The notes: a model not told the origin generated them from the letters alone. A DNA stretch of 64,000 bases from Candidatus Omnitrophota bacterium (GCA_023247725.1 JAHFFW010000014.1:783-64782); one strand, 5' to 3'; numbered from the stretch's first letter, positions 46,512 through 56,740 are shown. Numbers and translations are program-made.

Positions 46512-47014
46512 GGAAGTTATTCGTTGCCGTAATGATGATTTGCTTGTTTTCGATAACGAACTCACCGTGTTTGGAAGCAAAAACTTTTTCGAGCACGCTT
46601 TACCCGGCCCCGGGAGCTCAATGGGAAGTCTTCGAACAGCCGTTCTTCCGCGTTAATACCATTTACCGGCTCAAGCACGTCGGTGATCCGCGGTATCTGC
46701 ATCAACCCTTTGTTGCCGTTGATCCCTCCGGTCAAGAATATATGCTGACCTTCAATGTTGTGCATTTGTCCAGACAACAGATTTTGAACGATTTCAATAA
46801 ACTGGTGCGGGAAGAAAAACTTAACATCGATGCCACCAACGTCGAAGAATACGCCCGCTTCTTTGTGCAGGTCCACGGCCTGACAACACCATCCATATCC
46901 ACCATCCGGCCTGCCTCCGATGGATACATGGTCGAGTGCATTCTCCCTTTGGGAGAATCGCTGGAGTTGACCATCGCCCCGAATGGAACCATTCAAATCA
47001 ATAAGAATGACTAA
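46508..47014 (+). CDS. Secreted hypothetical protein
   Basis: ATGA overlap; MRKLFVAVMMICLF signal peptide. Confidence 0.65.
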   Translation: MRKLFVAVMMICLFSITNSPCLEAKTFSSTLYPAPGAQWEVFEQPFFRVNTIYRLKHVGDPRYLHQPFVAVDPSGQEYMLTFNVVHLSRQQILNDFNKLVREEKLNIDATNVEEYARFFVQVHGLTTPSISTIRPASDGYMVECILPLGESLELTIAPNGTIQINKND

Positions 47015-47017
47015 TTC

Positions 47018-48085
47018 ATGAAGATTGTCGGATTTTCCGTCGGCAAACTTTCGGCTCCTTTGAATCAGCCCTTTCGCACGGCCTTAGGATCACACGCCGC
47101 GTTAGAGAATCTTCGGTTGACCCTCCAATTGCAAGACGGAACAATGGGTTTTGGAGAAGCGGCGATCGCCACCCACATCACCGGCGAAACGTTGGAACAA
47201 ACCGAGAAAAATTTGCGCGGCGTTGGCGAAGGGCTCATTGGCCGTCGGGTGGATCATTATGGAAAGATTTCCGTTTCGTTGCATGAACGTTTGGCAACCA
47301 ATAAAACCGCCCTGGCTGCGGTGGAAGGGGCCTTGCTGGATCTTTTCACTCGCTATCGGAAGATTCCTTTATGGAGGTTGTTTGGTTCGACGTGCCAGCG
47401 TTTGACGACGGACATTACGATCGTCATCGCAGACTTAGCGGAAACACGAGCCGCCGTTAAAAAATTTTACCGACAGGGTTTTAGGACATTCAAGGTTAAG
47501 ATTGGTCAAAATGAGGAGCTCGATTTCGAAAGGGTTCTTCTTGTCAAAAAAGTTGCGCCTCGGTGCAGAATTTATTTAGATGCCAACCAAGGATTGACCG
47601 CGGACCAAACGCTGCGGTTCTTAAAAAGATTGGATGAGGCCGGCATCCGGCCCGATCTTTTAGAACAGCCAGTGCCACGCGAAGATTGGGAGGGGCTGAA
47701 AAAGGTGAACCGCCTTTCCGCGGTTCCGGTCTGTGCCGATGAAAGCGTTCGTTCTCTGTCAGAGGCCTTGCGGGCTATCCGGGAAAAAGCCGTCCGGGTC
47801 ATCAATATCAAACTGGCGAAAACGGGACTCCTCGAATCCCGCCAGATCGCTCAAAAGGCGGACGCCGCCGGCATAAAATTGATGATGGGAGGCATGCTGG
47901 AAAGCTCGCTCGCCATGACAACCGCGGCGCATTTTGCCGCCGGGATGGGGTATTTTGATTATATCGATCTCGACACGCCATTTTTTATTCGCTCGGGATT
48001 TGATGCCAACCCTTTTCTCTCTTCTAAAGGGACTTATGACCTGCGTCGGGTCAAGGCGGGGGTGGGAATTCCAGAAACGGGTTGA
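47018..48085 (+). CDS. Dipeptide (L-Ala-D/L-Glu) epimerase, enolase superfamily
   Basis: FKVKIG, DANQG, EQP, ADES, NIKLAK, DLD. Confidence 0.9.
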   Translation: MKIVGFSVGKLSAPLNQPFRTALGSHAALENLRLTLQLQDGTMGFGEAAIATHITGETLEQTEKNLRGVGEGLIGRRVDHYGKISVSLHERLATNKTALAAVEGALLDLFTRYRKIPLWRLFGSTCQRLTTDITIVIADLAETRAAVKKFYRQGFRTFKVKIGQNEELDFERVLLVKKVAPRCRIYLDANQGLTADQTLRFLKRLDEAGIRPDLLEQPVPREDWEGLKKVNRLSAVPVCADESVRSLSEALRAIREKAVRVINIKLAKTGLLESRQIAQKADAAGIKLMMGGMLESSLAMTTAAHFAAGMGYFDYIDLDTPFFIRSGFDANPFLSSKGTYDLRRVKAGVGIPETG

Positions 48086-48162
48086 TTTTCAGGCAAAAAA
48101 TTGTAATATAATAGCTTCTATCCAATATTGCCGAATAGTCACAACTGTTTTATACTTTTTCT

Positions 48163-48471
48163 ATGAAAAAAATCACATCAAAAATATCAGTTAATTTGCC
48201 AGTCCAATTTATAAAAGAAGGCAATACTTTTGTTGCTTCCTGCCCCGCTCTTGATATTTCAACTCAAGGCGAGACGTTTGAGGAAGCGCAAAAAATGTTT
48301 AGCGAATTGGTTGGTGTCTTTATCCATGAACTAATTGAAATGGGAACGGTAGAGGAAGTTTTATTGTCTCTGGGGTGGCAGAAAGCCCCAGATAAGAAAA
48401 CATGGAAACCACCCGTAATTGATTTTATCAAAGAAAGTCAGCAAGCAGTTGACATTCCATGCCCCGCCTAA
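48163..48471 (+). CDS. hicB: HicB-family antitoxin
   Basis: FVASCPALDISTQGETFEEA. Confidence 0.85.
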   Translation: MKKITSKISVNLPVQFIKEGNTFVASCPALDISTQGETFEEAQKMFSELVGVFIHELIEMGTVEEVLLSLGWQKAPDKKTWKPPVIDFIKESQQAVDIPCPA

Positions 48472-48692
48472 CCCCGATTCACTACGGGAAATTTGCTAAA
48501 TTTCTTGAATATATCGGTTGCCAGTTTGTTCGACAACGGGGAAGTCATATGATTTATCGAAGGTCGGATTTAAATAGACCAATTGTTTTTCTTGCGAGTA
48601 AGCAACTTTCAACAATCGTAATTACAAATAACTTGCGGACATTAAATATTTCCAAAGAGAAATATTTGGAAATTCTCGAAAAGATCAAATAA
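48459..48692 (+). CDS. hicA: HicA-family toxin
   Basis: FVRQRGSHMIY; overlaps hicB. Confidence 0.85.
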   Translation: MPRLTPIHYGKFAKFLEYIGCQFVRQRGSHMIYRRSDLNRPIVFLASKQLSTIVITNNLRTLNISKEKYLEILEKIK

Positions 48693-48853
48693 AATGACCT
48701 AAAAGTTTATCTGATCCAGCTCGGCTATCCTCGGCCGGGCATTTTTATTTCAACTCCTAACTCAATAATGCTTTTGGCCGGAGTTTTGTTTGCCGGGAGA
48801 AGGCCAAGGATGGTCAAGAGGCCCCTTATTGAAATAATTCGCCAAATTTGACA

Positions 48854-48962
48854 CTTCGACGGCCTTCAAGCCGCGCCCTTCAGGGCGCGGTAAGTTTAGA
48901 CCGCTCGGTGTCAACCCTGAGCAAGCCCCGGGCTTTAGCCCGGGTGCGTCGAATGGGTTGAC
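48854..48962. mobile_element. Composite palindromic element with IS200/IS605-end-like hairpins
   Basis: ccgcgccct/agggcgcgg, cccgggct/agcccggg and gtcaaccc/gggttgac nested stems. Confidence 0.65.
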
Positions 48963-48963
48963 T

Positions 48964-49491
48964 TTTTAATGACGGATGGTCCACGAGAACTCTCGCCGAG
49001 GATATGGATCTGACCTGGAGTTTTACCAGCAGCGGCATCGAGTTCGGTTCGTGGAAGACGCGATCTGCTACCCGATTGAACCGCATAATTTCGGCTTCCT
49101 GCGCAAACAGCTCAAGCGCTGGTCGCACGGTTTTGTGCAGAACGTCTGCCTCCATTGGGAAGGGCTCTTAAAATTCCCGTATTTGCGCTCGCTCGTTGCC
49201 GTCGCGATGTGGGATGCGGTCGTTGCGTCTCTGGCCTATTTGATTCTTTTGCCTTTATTGGCGATCGTATTGAAAAAACCTTTATTGCTTTTGGGTTATG
49301 TGATTGATGTTCCAGCCGTCTTGGTTCCAGTTTTATATCAGGCCAGCCGGCGCAAAGAAATGATTCGGGCGCTAACCAGCATTCCGGCTTTCTTTGTCCT
49401 GCGCAACGTCAATGCGATTTTTATTCTGGAGGCTGTCGTTAGCGAATTTCTTTTTAAGAAACGATTTTGTGTGTATGAGAAAGGGCATTGA
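48964..49491 (+). pseudogene. 3' half of processive GT2 glycosyltransferase (PgaC/IcaA-like), 5' deleted and frameshifted
   Basis: GWSTRTLAEDMDLTWSF in one frame, YQQ...QLKRW (QxxRW) plus TMs in the next. Confidence 0.8.
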
Positions 49492-49599
49492 GCTGCTAAG
49501 CTCATGAGTTCCTATGCTCTTTTACTTGACCACTACTATCTTTTTTAAAACAACAGAAAAATTGTTCAACAGCTTAGGAGCTCAGTAGCTCAGCAGCTA
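49489..49599. repeat. Inverted octamer tandem-repeat spacer (TRAGCTNC units)
   Basis: gagctgctaagctcatgagttcctatgct / agcttaggagctcagtagctcagcagcta with AT-rich core. Confidence 0.75.
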
Positions 49600-49617
49600 A
49601 TACAAACGAGGTCACCC

Positions 49618-49989
49618 ATGATTGCCGGACTCCCGGGGACAGGAATTGGCGGGACATTTTACCTATTGAGCGCATTTTTAATGCCGTTTTATCAATTGAA
49701 TAAAATGCGGCGCCGTAAGGCTAGAAGACACGGCTGGAAATCAGTGGTGTTCCAACTTTTTCTTGCCTTTAGTATGCTCGTCGGGTTTTGGCTGACCGGC
49801 TTGGGGTTGGGATTGCTGCTCCAGAAGACAGTGATTTCCGGTTCCTCCTTAAGCCATGGGAGAGCGAATGTCTTTCAGGTTCAGCCTCTTTTTATCTCTT
49901 TGGCGGTCCTGTTTTTTGTCCTTGCCTTTGTGCACGGTCAAAGTCTCTTGAGCCGCCCGCGCAAAACGCCAAAGCCGGTACGAAAATAA
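49618..49989 (+). CDS. Small membrane hypothetical protein
   Basis: GAGG RBS; AGLPGTGIGG.FY, three TMs. Confidence 0.7.
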   Translation: MIAGLPGTGIGGTFYLLSAFLMPFYQLNKMRRRKARRHGWKSVVFQLFLAFSMLVGFWLTGLGLGLLLQKTVISGSSLSHGRANVFQVQPLFISLAVLFFVLAFVHGQSLLSRPRKTPKPVRK

Positions 49990-50190
49990 TTTAACAAAAA
50001 ATCTTCCTTCTCTAGTATACTTATCTCACCCATACGAAGTCGTTCTCTCCTCTACCCAGAAGCCCTATTTCCCCTCGATGGTTGACTGTTGAAAGATTGG
50101 TGAAACGATCTTAACCCCAAGATCGTTTCTTAAAGGAATTTCTTTTAACGGTCCAAACCGAAAAATCAATAAGGCTTTTGGATCGAATTC

Positions 50191-50733
50191 ATGCCAGACC
50201 CTCATTTGCTTCAAGGCGCCATCCCCAGTGTCGAAGGTCAGAGACCAAAATTTTTGCCGGCCGTTGATCGGTTGCGTCTGGTTCGGCCTTTAGCCGGGCT
50301 CATCATTGTTGGCAATCTCGTTTATGCGGGATTGCGTCTCCAGCAAAAATTCGATTCGGCTTCTATTCCTGCGAAAGTTTTCTCACCGAGTGAAGTCCAT
50401 TCTTTATTTTCACCTAACGAACAAAGGCCATGGGAATACTATGAGGAATTGGTGGGCCGCCGGGATCTGTTCAATTTGGTTTCGCCCAATTCCGCTGACC
50501 AGGTTTTACCGGAACCTTCGACGACGGCGAGCATCCCGGAGCAAATTCTCAATTTGAAGGTGGTCGGGATCATTTTTGACCGGGTTCGGCAGGCGGTCCT
50601 CCAATCTGCCGACGGCAAGGAAACCTTTTTTGTGAAAGAAAACGAAGGCCTCAACGGCGCTACCATCCGTGATATTAAGGAAGACAAAGTGATCCTCGAA
50701 TTTCAGGGACAAACGATCGAACTCGCCAGATGA
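50191..50733 (+). CDS. GspC/PilP-like T2SS accessory protein
   Basis: TM, RRDLF, LKVVGII...I.EDKVIL. Confidence 0.65.
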   Translation: MPDPHLLQGAIPSVEGQRPKFLPAVDRLRLVRPLAGLIIVGNLVYAGLRLQQKFDSASIPAKVFSPSEVHSLFSPNEQRPWEYYEELVGRRDLFNLVSPNSADQVLPEPSTTASIPEQILNLKVVGIIFDRVRQAVLQSADGKETFFVKENEGLNGATIRDIKEDKVILEFQGQTIELAR

Positions 50734-52280
50734 AATCCATGACCACAGCCATGTCAATGCTGAAAACAAACCGCGGACGAATCATTTTTGCCGCCCTTGT
50801 GCTATTGCTGAATCCGGGGGTAGGGATAGGCGAGTCTTCCGCGCCCGGGCAGGCCGTTTTGGCTCCGGGGCAAAGTAAGCCCGCGCCAAGGCATCGGATT
50901 GATTTGTTGGATTTGAAGGAAATGGATACAACCGATGTCCTTAAACTCATTTCCCAGAAAACCGGTCTCAACATCATCGCCGGCAATAACGTCACCGGCA
51001 AGGTCACGATTTATTTGAAGGACGTGGCTGTCGATGAAGTCTTGGGGATTCTCTGTGATACCAATGACCTCGCCTATGTGGAAGAGGAGGGCCTTATCCA
51101 CGTCATGACCGCCGCCGATTACGAACGCAAATACGGCCGCCGATTTAACCCCAAGACTAGAAAAAAAATTGTCAAACTAAATGATGTCAGCGTTGCCCAC
51201 GTTCTGCCGGTTTTGGAAAAGCTCAAAGGGACCAATGGCGCCATCGTTTCCGATGAGCGCACGAACACCCTGGTTTTGACCGACACTGCCGAAACGATCG
51301 GGGAAATGGAAACCGTCCTCAAAGAGATCGATACTCCCCGAACGACCGAGGTCTTCGATCTCAACTATGCCCGCGCGGAAGAAATTTCCGAGAAGGTGGA
51401 GGCCTTATTGACCCCCAACGTCGGGTCGCTGCGGTTTGACAAACGCTCGAACAAGCTTTCGGTCACCGATATCCCGCCGAAGCTGAGCGAAATTGCCAAG
51501 GTTATCTCGGCCTTTGATGTGAAAGAAAAACAGGTCGCCATTGAGGCAAAGATCGTCCAGGTTATTTTAAGTGATCAATTTAAAATGGGGATTGATTGGC
51601 AGGCGATGGCCGCGAAATATCATAATTTGCGAATGGCCGGAAATTTGAGTTTGTTGTCTGACGTCGACAAAAAAGGAACGATCGCAATTGGAACGCTTTC
51701 CGATGACAGTTATTCGGTCATGATTCAGGCCCTTAAGGAATATGGCGACACCAATAATCTTTCCAACCCTCATATCATGGCCGTTAATAATGAGGAAGCC
51801 AAGATTTTAGTGGGTTCCACTGAGCCCTATGTCACGACGACAACGACCACGCCCGCGGCTGGGCCAGCCACCACCGCAGAGAGCGTTAATTTTATTGAAG
51901 TGGGGGTGAAGCTCTACGTGACGCCGATCATTCACAACGATGGCTATATCACGATGAAGATCAAGCCGGAGGTCAGCTCCGTGACCCGGACGATCGCGAC
52001 GGCCAATAATAATACGATTCCCGTCGTGGATACCTCAGAGGCAGAAACAACGGTCATTGCCAAGGATGGGGTGACGATCATCCTCGGCGGTTTGATCAAA
52101 GATGAGTTGGTCAATACGGATAAAAAAGTCCCTTTGTTGGGCGATGTTCCTTTCATGGGCGCGCTTTTTCGCAGCCAAAATCATTTGACGAGAAAAACCG
52201 AATTGGTCATCTTTTTAACGCCCCGGATTGTGACGGGAGATACGCCCGCTCTCTCGCGAGAGAAAGTCACACCACCGTGA
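50730..52280 (+). CDS. gspD: Secretin (GspD/PilQ family)
   Basis: N domains, QVAIEAKIV, KVPLLGDVP..GALF, ELVIFLTPRIV. Confidence 0.9.
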   Translation: MKSMTTAMSMLKTNRGRIIFAALVLLLNPGVGIGESSAPGQAVLAPGQSKPAPRHRIDLLDLKEMDTTDVLKLISQKTGLNIIAGNNVTGKVTIYLKDVAVDEVLGILCDTNDLAYVEEEGLIHVMTAADYERKYGRRFNPKTRKKIVKLNDVSVAHVLPVLEKLKGTNGAIVSDERTNTLVLTDTAETIGEMETVLKEIDTPRTTEVFDLNYARAEEISEKVEALLTPNVGSLRFDKRSNKLSVTDIPPKLSEIAKVISAFDVKEKQVAIEAKIVQVILSDQFKMGIDWQAMAAKYHNLRMAGNLSLLSDVDKKGTIAIGTLSDDSYSVMIQALKEYGDTNNLSNPHIMAVNNEEAKILVGSTEPYVTTTTTTPAAGPATTAESVNFIEVGVKLYVTPIIHNDGYITMKIKPEVSSVTRTIATANNNTIPVVDTSEAETTVIAKDGVTIILGGLIKDELVNTDKKVPLLGDVPFMGALFRSQNHLTRKTELVIFLTPRIVTGDTPALSREKVTPP

Positions 52281-52295
52281 GCCTGCCATAGAGCC

Positions 52296-53984
52296 ATGCC
52301 CCAACGAACCCCGATTGGCCAGATTTTGGTCCAGGAACATTTCATCAGCGATCAAGACCTTCAACGCGCCCTCGCGGTGCAAACAAAGACCAAGGAACGC
52401 CTGGGAGAGATCCTGATCCAGCTGGGGGTGATGGCACATGACGCCCGGTTCTTTTCGTTATTGGCAAAACAAATGGGTGTGCCCTATGTTGATTTAAAAG
52501 AAACCGAAATCCCTTCGGCGGTTTTGGCCTGCGTTCCGGCGCAGTTGGCCAGCCATTATAAGATCATTCCGGTTCAATCTCACAATGGCCAACTGGCGCT
52601 GGCCACCAGTGACCCCTGGGATATTTTGAAGCTCGACGAGTTAAGTGCGGCGCTGCGCTGCGAAGTAAGGCCTGTCCTCGCCGATGAAAAAGCCATCCTC
52701 GAATCGATTCGTAAATATTACGGTTTGGGAGCCGAGACGATCGAACGGATGATGGCGCAAGGCCAGGGCCGTTCCGGTGAAGAAGTCCAGGTCAAAGACA
52801 TCGAAGAGCTCACGACCGAGGCCTCCATCGGGGCTTTCCTCAATCAGCTTATTTTGGAGGCCTATCGCGAACGGGCGACCGATATTCACATCGAACCCTG
52901 CGAAAACGAATTGCAGGTGCGCTACCGCATCGATGGGTTCCTACGCGATGCCAAGGTTCCCCAAAATATCCGCCACTTCAAGGATCCGATCAACTCCCGG
53001 ATCAAAATCCTGTCCAATTTGAATATTGCGCAGCGGCGTTTGCCCCAGGACGGCCGATTCAAGGTGAAGGTGGGCGATACGCAGCTGGATCTGCGGGTTT
53101 CATTTCTTCCCACCGCATTTGGAGAAAGCGCGGTCATTCGCATTCTCAATGCCAACCAGCTCTTTGATATTGAGCGGCTGGGGTTGGCCTCGCGAGAATT
53201 AAAAATTCTGGACGAATTGATCAAGAAACCCCATGGCCTTATTTTTGTCACCGGCCCGACGGGAAGCGGGAAAACGACGACCTTGTATTCCTGCCTCTCT
53301 CGGGTCAATAGTGCGGAACGCAAAATCCTGACAATCGAAGACCCGGCTGAATATCAGCTTGCCGGCATCACTCAGATCCAGGTAAATCCTGCTATTGGTC
53401 TCACCTTTGCGCAGGGATTGCGTTCGATGCTGCGTCATGATCCGGATATCATGATGGTCGGCGAGGTCCGCGATCACGAGACCGCACAGATTGCGATTCA
53501 GGTGGCCTTGACCGGTCATTTAGTTTTTTCGACGCTGCATACCAACGATGCCGCGAGCGCCGTGACGCGGCTTTTGGATATGGGGGTTGAACCGTATCTG
53601 ATTTCGAGTTCGGTCATCGGCTTCATTGCCCAGCGCCTGGTGAGACTGATTTGCCCGCACTGCAAAGAACCGCGAGTGCTTTCGCCGGAGGTCTTGGCTG
53701 ATTTTGATCTGGACCAAAACCCGGGGCGGGTTTCGACGTTTGTAGGAAAAGGTTGCCGCATGTGCCAGTCCACCGGTTATTTGGGCCGACAGGGGATTTA
53801 TGAATTTTTGATTTTGAATGAAGACATGCAAAAATTGATTCACCGCCGGGCATCGGCCAGTGAGATCCGAACGAAGGCGATGGAAAAGGGAATGAAAACA
53901 TTGCGCCAGGATGGCTGGGAAAAAATTAAGATGGGCTCGACCACACCAGAAGAAGTGATTCGGGTGACGGCGGGGGATTTTTGA
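52296..53984 (+). CDS. gspE: T2SS/T4P assembly ATPase GspE/PilB
   Basis: TGPTGSGKTT, TIEDP, LRHDPDIMMVGEVRD, TGHLVFSTLHTN, CxxC pairs. Confidence 0.93.
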   Translation: MPQRTPIGQILVQEHFISDQDLQRALAVQTKTKERLGEILIQLGVMAHDARFFSLLAKQMGVPYVDLKETEIPSAVLACVPAQLASHYKIIPVQSHNGQLALATSDPWDILKLDELSAALRCEVRPVLADEKAILESIRKYYGLGAETIERMMAQGQGRSGEEVQVKDIEELTTEASIGAFLNQLILEAYRERATDIHIEPCENELQVRYRIDGFLRDAKVPQNIRHFKDPINSRIKILSNLNIAQRRLPQDGRFKVKVGDTQLDLRVSFLPTAFGESAVIRILNANQLFDIERLGLASRELKILDELIKKPHGLIFVTGPTGSGKTTTLYSCLSRVNSAERKILTIEDPAEYQLAGITQIQVNPAIGLTFAQGLRSMLRHDPDIMMVGEVRDHETAQIAIQVALTGHLVFSTLHTNDAASAVTRLLDMGVEPYLISSSVIGFIAQRLVRLICPHCKEPRVLSPEVLADFDLDQNPGRVSTFVGKGCRMCQSTGYLGRQGIYEFLILNEDMQKLIHRRASASEIRTKAMEKGMKTLRQDGWEKIKMGSTTPEEVIRVTAGDF

Positions 53985-53986
53985 AT

Positions 53987-54230
53987 AGACGTAGGAAGTA
54001 GGACGTCCACTCCTCGCTGAGGCGCAGCGTCGTTTGGACGTGGGACGTCTGCGACCGCCGTCCCTCAGCTTTAACTAAGGACTGCGGTCGCTCGGACGTA
54101 GGACGTAAATCAGGATTGGTATTCAAAATTTCGTAATTAATATAATAATCAAAATCAATCGTCCCACGTCCTTCGTCCTAGCGAGCTACGCCAAAGGCAG
54201 GCGAGCGGACGTCCAACGTCCCACGTAACC
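53987..54230. repeat. Inverted heptamer tandem-repeat spacer (GGACGTR units) with nested hairpins
   Basis: gacgtaggaagtaggacgt..ggacgtgggacgt..ggacgtaggacgt / cgtcccacgtccttcgtcc..acgtccaacgtcccacgt. Confidence 0.8.
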
Positions 54231-54246
54231 TGAGCTTTATTCCAAC

Positions 54247-55494
54247 ATGACCCACTACACCTACCGAGCCAAAACCGGACCTTCCCAAATCCAAACCGGA
54301 GAACTCGAGGCCGTCGACGAAAAAGAGGCGGTGCAAAAGATCATGCAGCGGGGATTCATTCCCCTGGATGTGGAGGTTCGCCGTTTGCCGACGAAATCGC
54401 CCAAGGCCTCTTCATCGTTTTTCTTCTGGACTAGAATAAAGTCTGCCGGCCGCGCGGTTAGGCAGGAAGACCGATCTGCGTTTTTAAGGCCATTGAATGA
54501 TTTGATCGACGCCGACGTGCCGCTGCTAAAAGCTCTGAGTCTCACGCTGGCCCAAACTCGCAAACCTCCGGTGAAAGACATTTTGAGCCGGGTGACGACC
54601 GCGGTTCAAAACGGTGATTCCCTGTCCGAGGCATTAAAAAATTTCCCAGAACTGTTTCCGGCTTATGTGGTCACGATGATCCGCATCGGAGAAATGAGCG
54701 GCCACCTGAAAATCGTTTTGGCGCGTCTTGCGGAATATGCGGAAAAAGAAGACGAGTCCCGCCGGAAATTAACGATGAGCCTGATTTATCCCGCGATCGT
54801 TTTGGGCATGGGTTTCCTGACGGTTTTTATCCTGTTGACCTTTGTGATTCCGAAGCTGGCAGTCATGTTTGCGGACATGGGGCAACGATTGCCCTTCGTC
54901 ACCCGAATCCTCATTGCGATCAGTCAAATCTGCTCGCGCTATTGGGAGATTTTGATCGCCGCCGTTGCCGTGTTTATTTTGGGGTGGAAACGCTTTGCCA
55001 GTTTTCCGCAAGGCCAGCGAACACTGGATCGTCTCATTTTGAAAATCCCTTTTTGGGGAACGTTTGTGCGAATCCAAAATCTCGAACGGCTGGTGCGCAT
55101 GCTGGGCCTTTTGTTGGGCAATGGCGTGCCATTAACGACGGCCTTGGAGGAGATTGAAATGATCAGCGATAACGAGGTGATCAGGTTCGAAGTCAAAGCC
55201 CTCAGCCAGAAGATTATTGCAGGAGAACGTTTCGCCTCGGCCTTGGCGTCAGGAACTTTCTTAAGTCCGGAACAGATCGGAATGATGAGCATAGGAGAGG
55301 AGACCGGCCATCTGGATTCGGCATTAAACAAAGTTGCCCAACAATTGGAGACCCAGTCCGAACGATTGGTGCGGACCTCGACGACGTTCATGGAACCGGT
55401 CCTCATTCTCATCATCGGCGCGATCGTGGGGTTTATGGTGGTGGCGCTCTTGATGCCGGTGTTTGAGATGAATGTGGGGAGTGCGGGGAGTTAG
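54247..55494 (+). CDS. gspF: T2SS inner-membrane platform GspF/PilC
   Basis: GEMSGHL, LIYP, GEETGHL, EP motifs. Confidence 0.9.
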   Translation: MTHYTYRAKTGPSQIQTGELEAVDEKEAVQKIMQRGFIPLDVEVRRLPTKSPKASSSFFFWTRIKSAGRAVRQEDRSAFLRPLNDLIDADVPLLKALSLTLAQTRKPPVKDILSRVTTAVQNGDSLSEALKNFPELFPAYVVTMIRIGEMSGHLKIVLARLAEYAEKEDESRRKLTMSLIYPAIVLGMGFLTVFILLTFVIPKLAVMFADMGQRLPFVTRILIAISQICSRYWEILIAAVAVFILGWKRFASFPQGQRTLDRLILKIPFWGTFVRIQNLERLVRMLGLLLGNGVPLTTALEEIEMISDNEVIRFEVKALSQKIIAGERFASALASGTFLSPEQIGMMSIGEETGHLDSALNKVAQQLETQSERLVRTSTTFMEPVLILIIGAIVGFMVVALLMPVFEMNVGSAGS

Positions 55495-55545
55495 TGGAGT
55501 TATTAAAATAAAAACGCCTTCGATTCTTAACAAGAAGGTTGTTAT

Positions 55546-55643
55546 GCTGCTGAGTTGCTAAGCTCCAGATCCAGTTTAATTAAATCCATCAAAATGTCGT
55601 TTTCCTCAATTGTCACTAAGGAGCTTAGCAGCACATGAGCTTA
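55546..55643. repeat. Inverted octamer tandem-repeat spacer, same unit as 49489-49599
   Basis: gctgctgagttgctaagctcc / ggagcttagcagcacatgagc. Confidence 0.7.
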
Positions 55644-56024
55644 AAAGCTAAAAACGCCTTCACCCTCCTCGAACTTCTCCTGACCATCATGCTCCTCGGT
55701 ATCTGTCTGGTCTCCGTCATCCGCGGTTTGCTGACCAATGCCAGGGCCATACAAATGGCCCAGGAATATACCGGCGCCATCAGCGCGGCGGATCAGGTGA
55801 TGTTTGAACTGTTGCAAACGCAGGCTTCGGCGAGGATCCCGTTAGAAGGTGAATTGAACAATCAGGCCGGTTATCGATATCGTCTGTATTTGCAGGATCC
55901 CGCTGATCACCGACGGCAGCTTCCCTTGAAGGAGGTCCGGTTAGAGATCCGCTGGCAGGCGGGTCACAGGGATCAAGGGATTTCTTTTTCAACCTATTTG
56001 ATCGAACCCGTTCCGAAAAGTTAA
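55635..56024 (+). CDS. Minor pseudopilin (GspI-like)
   Basis: Prepilin motif KNA|FTLLELL. Confidence 0.8.
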   Translation: MSLKAKNAFTLLELLLTIMLLGICLVSVIRGLLTNARAIQMAQEYTGAISAADQVMFELLQTQASARIPLEGELNNQAGYRYRLYLQDPADHRRQLPLKEVRLEIRWQAGHRDQGISFSTYLIEPVPKS

Positions 56025-56028
56025 AGCG

Positions 56029-56739
56029 ATGCCGAGATCATCTTCCTTTCTGCCTCGAGGTTTCACCTTAGTTGAGATGCTCGTCGTCATTTCTATCCTG
56101 GCCATGGCGGGTCTAAGTATTTCCACCACGTTTGCCGCCGGAATGAAACTCCATCGCCGCAGCCAGCAGAGTCTCAAAATACAATTGGAGGCTGGCATCG
56201 CGCTGGAGCGGATGTCCATGGATCTGGAAAATATGGTGTTTTATGATTTTTCCGGATCTTATCCGCAATTGCAGGCGTGTTCTACCGACGGATCTTCGAT
56301 CATTTTTTTGCAGGCCACGGGTAAAGGCTTAAAGGCCATCCGCTATTTCTTAGAGCCGCGCAACCAGGTGCAGCAAACGGGGACAACGATGGGAAAGCAA
56401 ACTTCAAAAAATGTGAAGGTGGTTAATTTCTTTTCTAAAGGAAACCCATCATGGGATTTGATTCGACAGGAGAGTGACTTTGTCAGTTTCCTTGAAAAAG
56501 GGTTTACCTCGGCTGGGGCTGAGGTCTTAAGCGAAGATCTGCCAGAGAATGGTTTGACATTCAAATTTGCCGAACTGCAAGGAGACGGCCAGATTTCCTG
56601 GCTGGCAGAGTGGAACAAAAGCAGTCTGCCATTGGGAGTGAGGGTTGAGTTGATACTTGCGGATTCTTCGTCGGGAACCGTGCGTTTTAGCCGGGAGGTG
56701 CTGATTCCGGTCGGCGGGCTGGCGGAAAGAGGGCGTTGA
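56029..56739 (+). CDS. Minor pseudopilin (GspJ-like)
   Basis: RG|FTLVEML; C-terminal LPLGVRVEL. Confidence 0.82.
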   Translation: MPRSSSFLPRGFTLVEMLVVISILAMAGLSISTTFAAGMKLHRRSQQSLKIQLEAGIALERMSMDLENMVFYDFSGSYPQLQACSTDGSSIIFLQATGKGLKAIRYFLEPRNQVQQTGTTMGKQTSKNVKVVNFFSKGNPSWDLIRQESDFVSFLEKGFTSAGAEVLSEDLPENGLTFKFAELQGDGQISWLAEWNKSSLPLGVRVELILADSSSGTVRFSREVLIPVGGLAERGR

Positions 56740-56740
56740 T

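Noticed and set aside
53987-54230. Short repeated units as a possible CRISPR array
   Set aside because: Units are 7-bp degenerate tandem copies in inverted arms with no 25-45-bp repeat/spacer periodicity and no cas genes.
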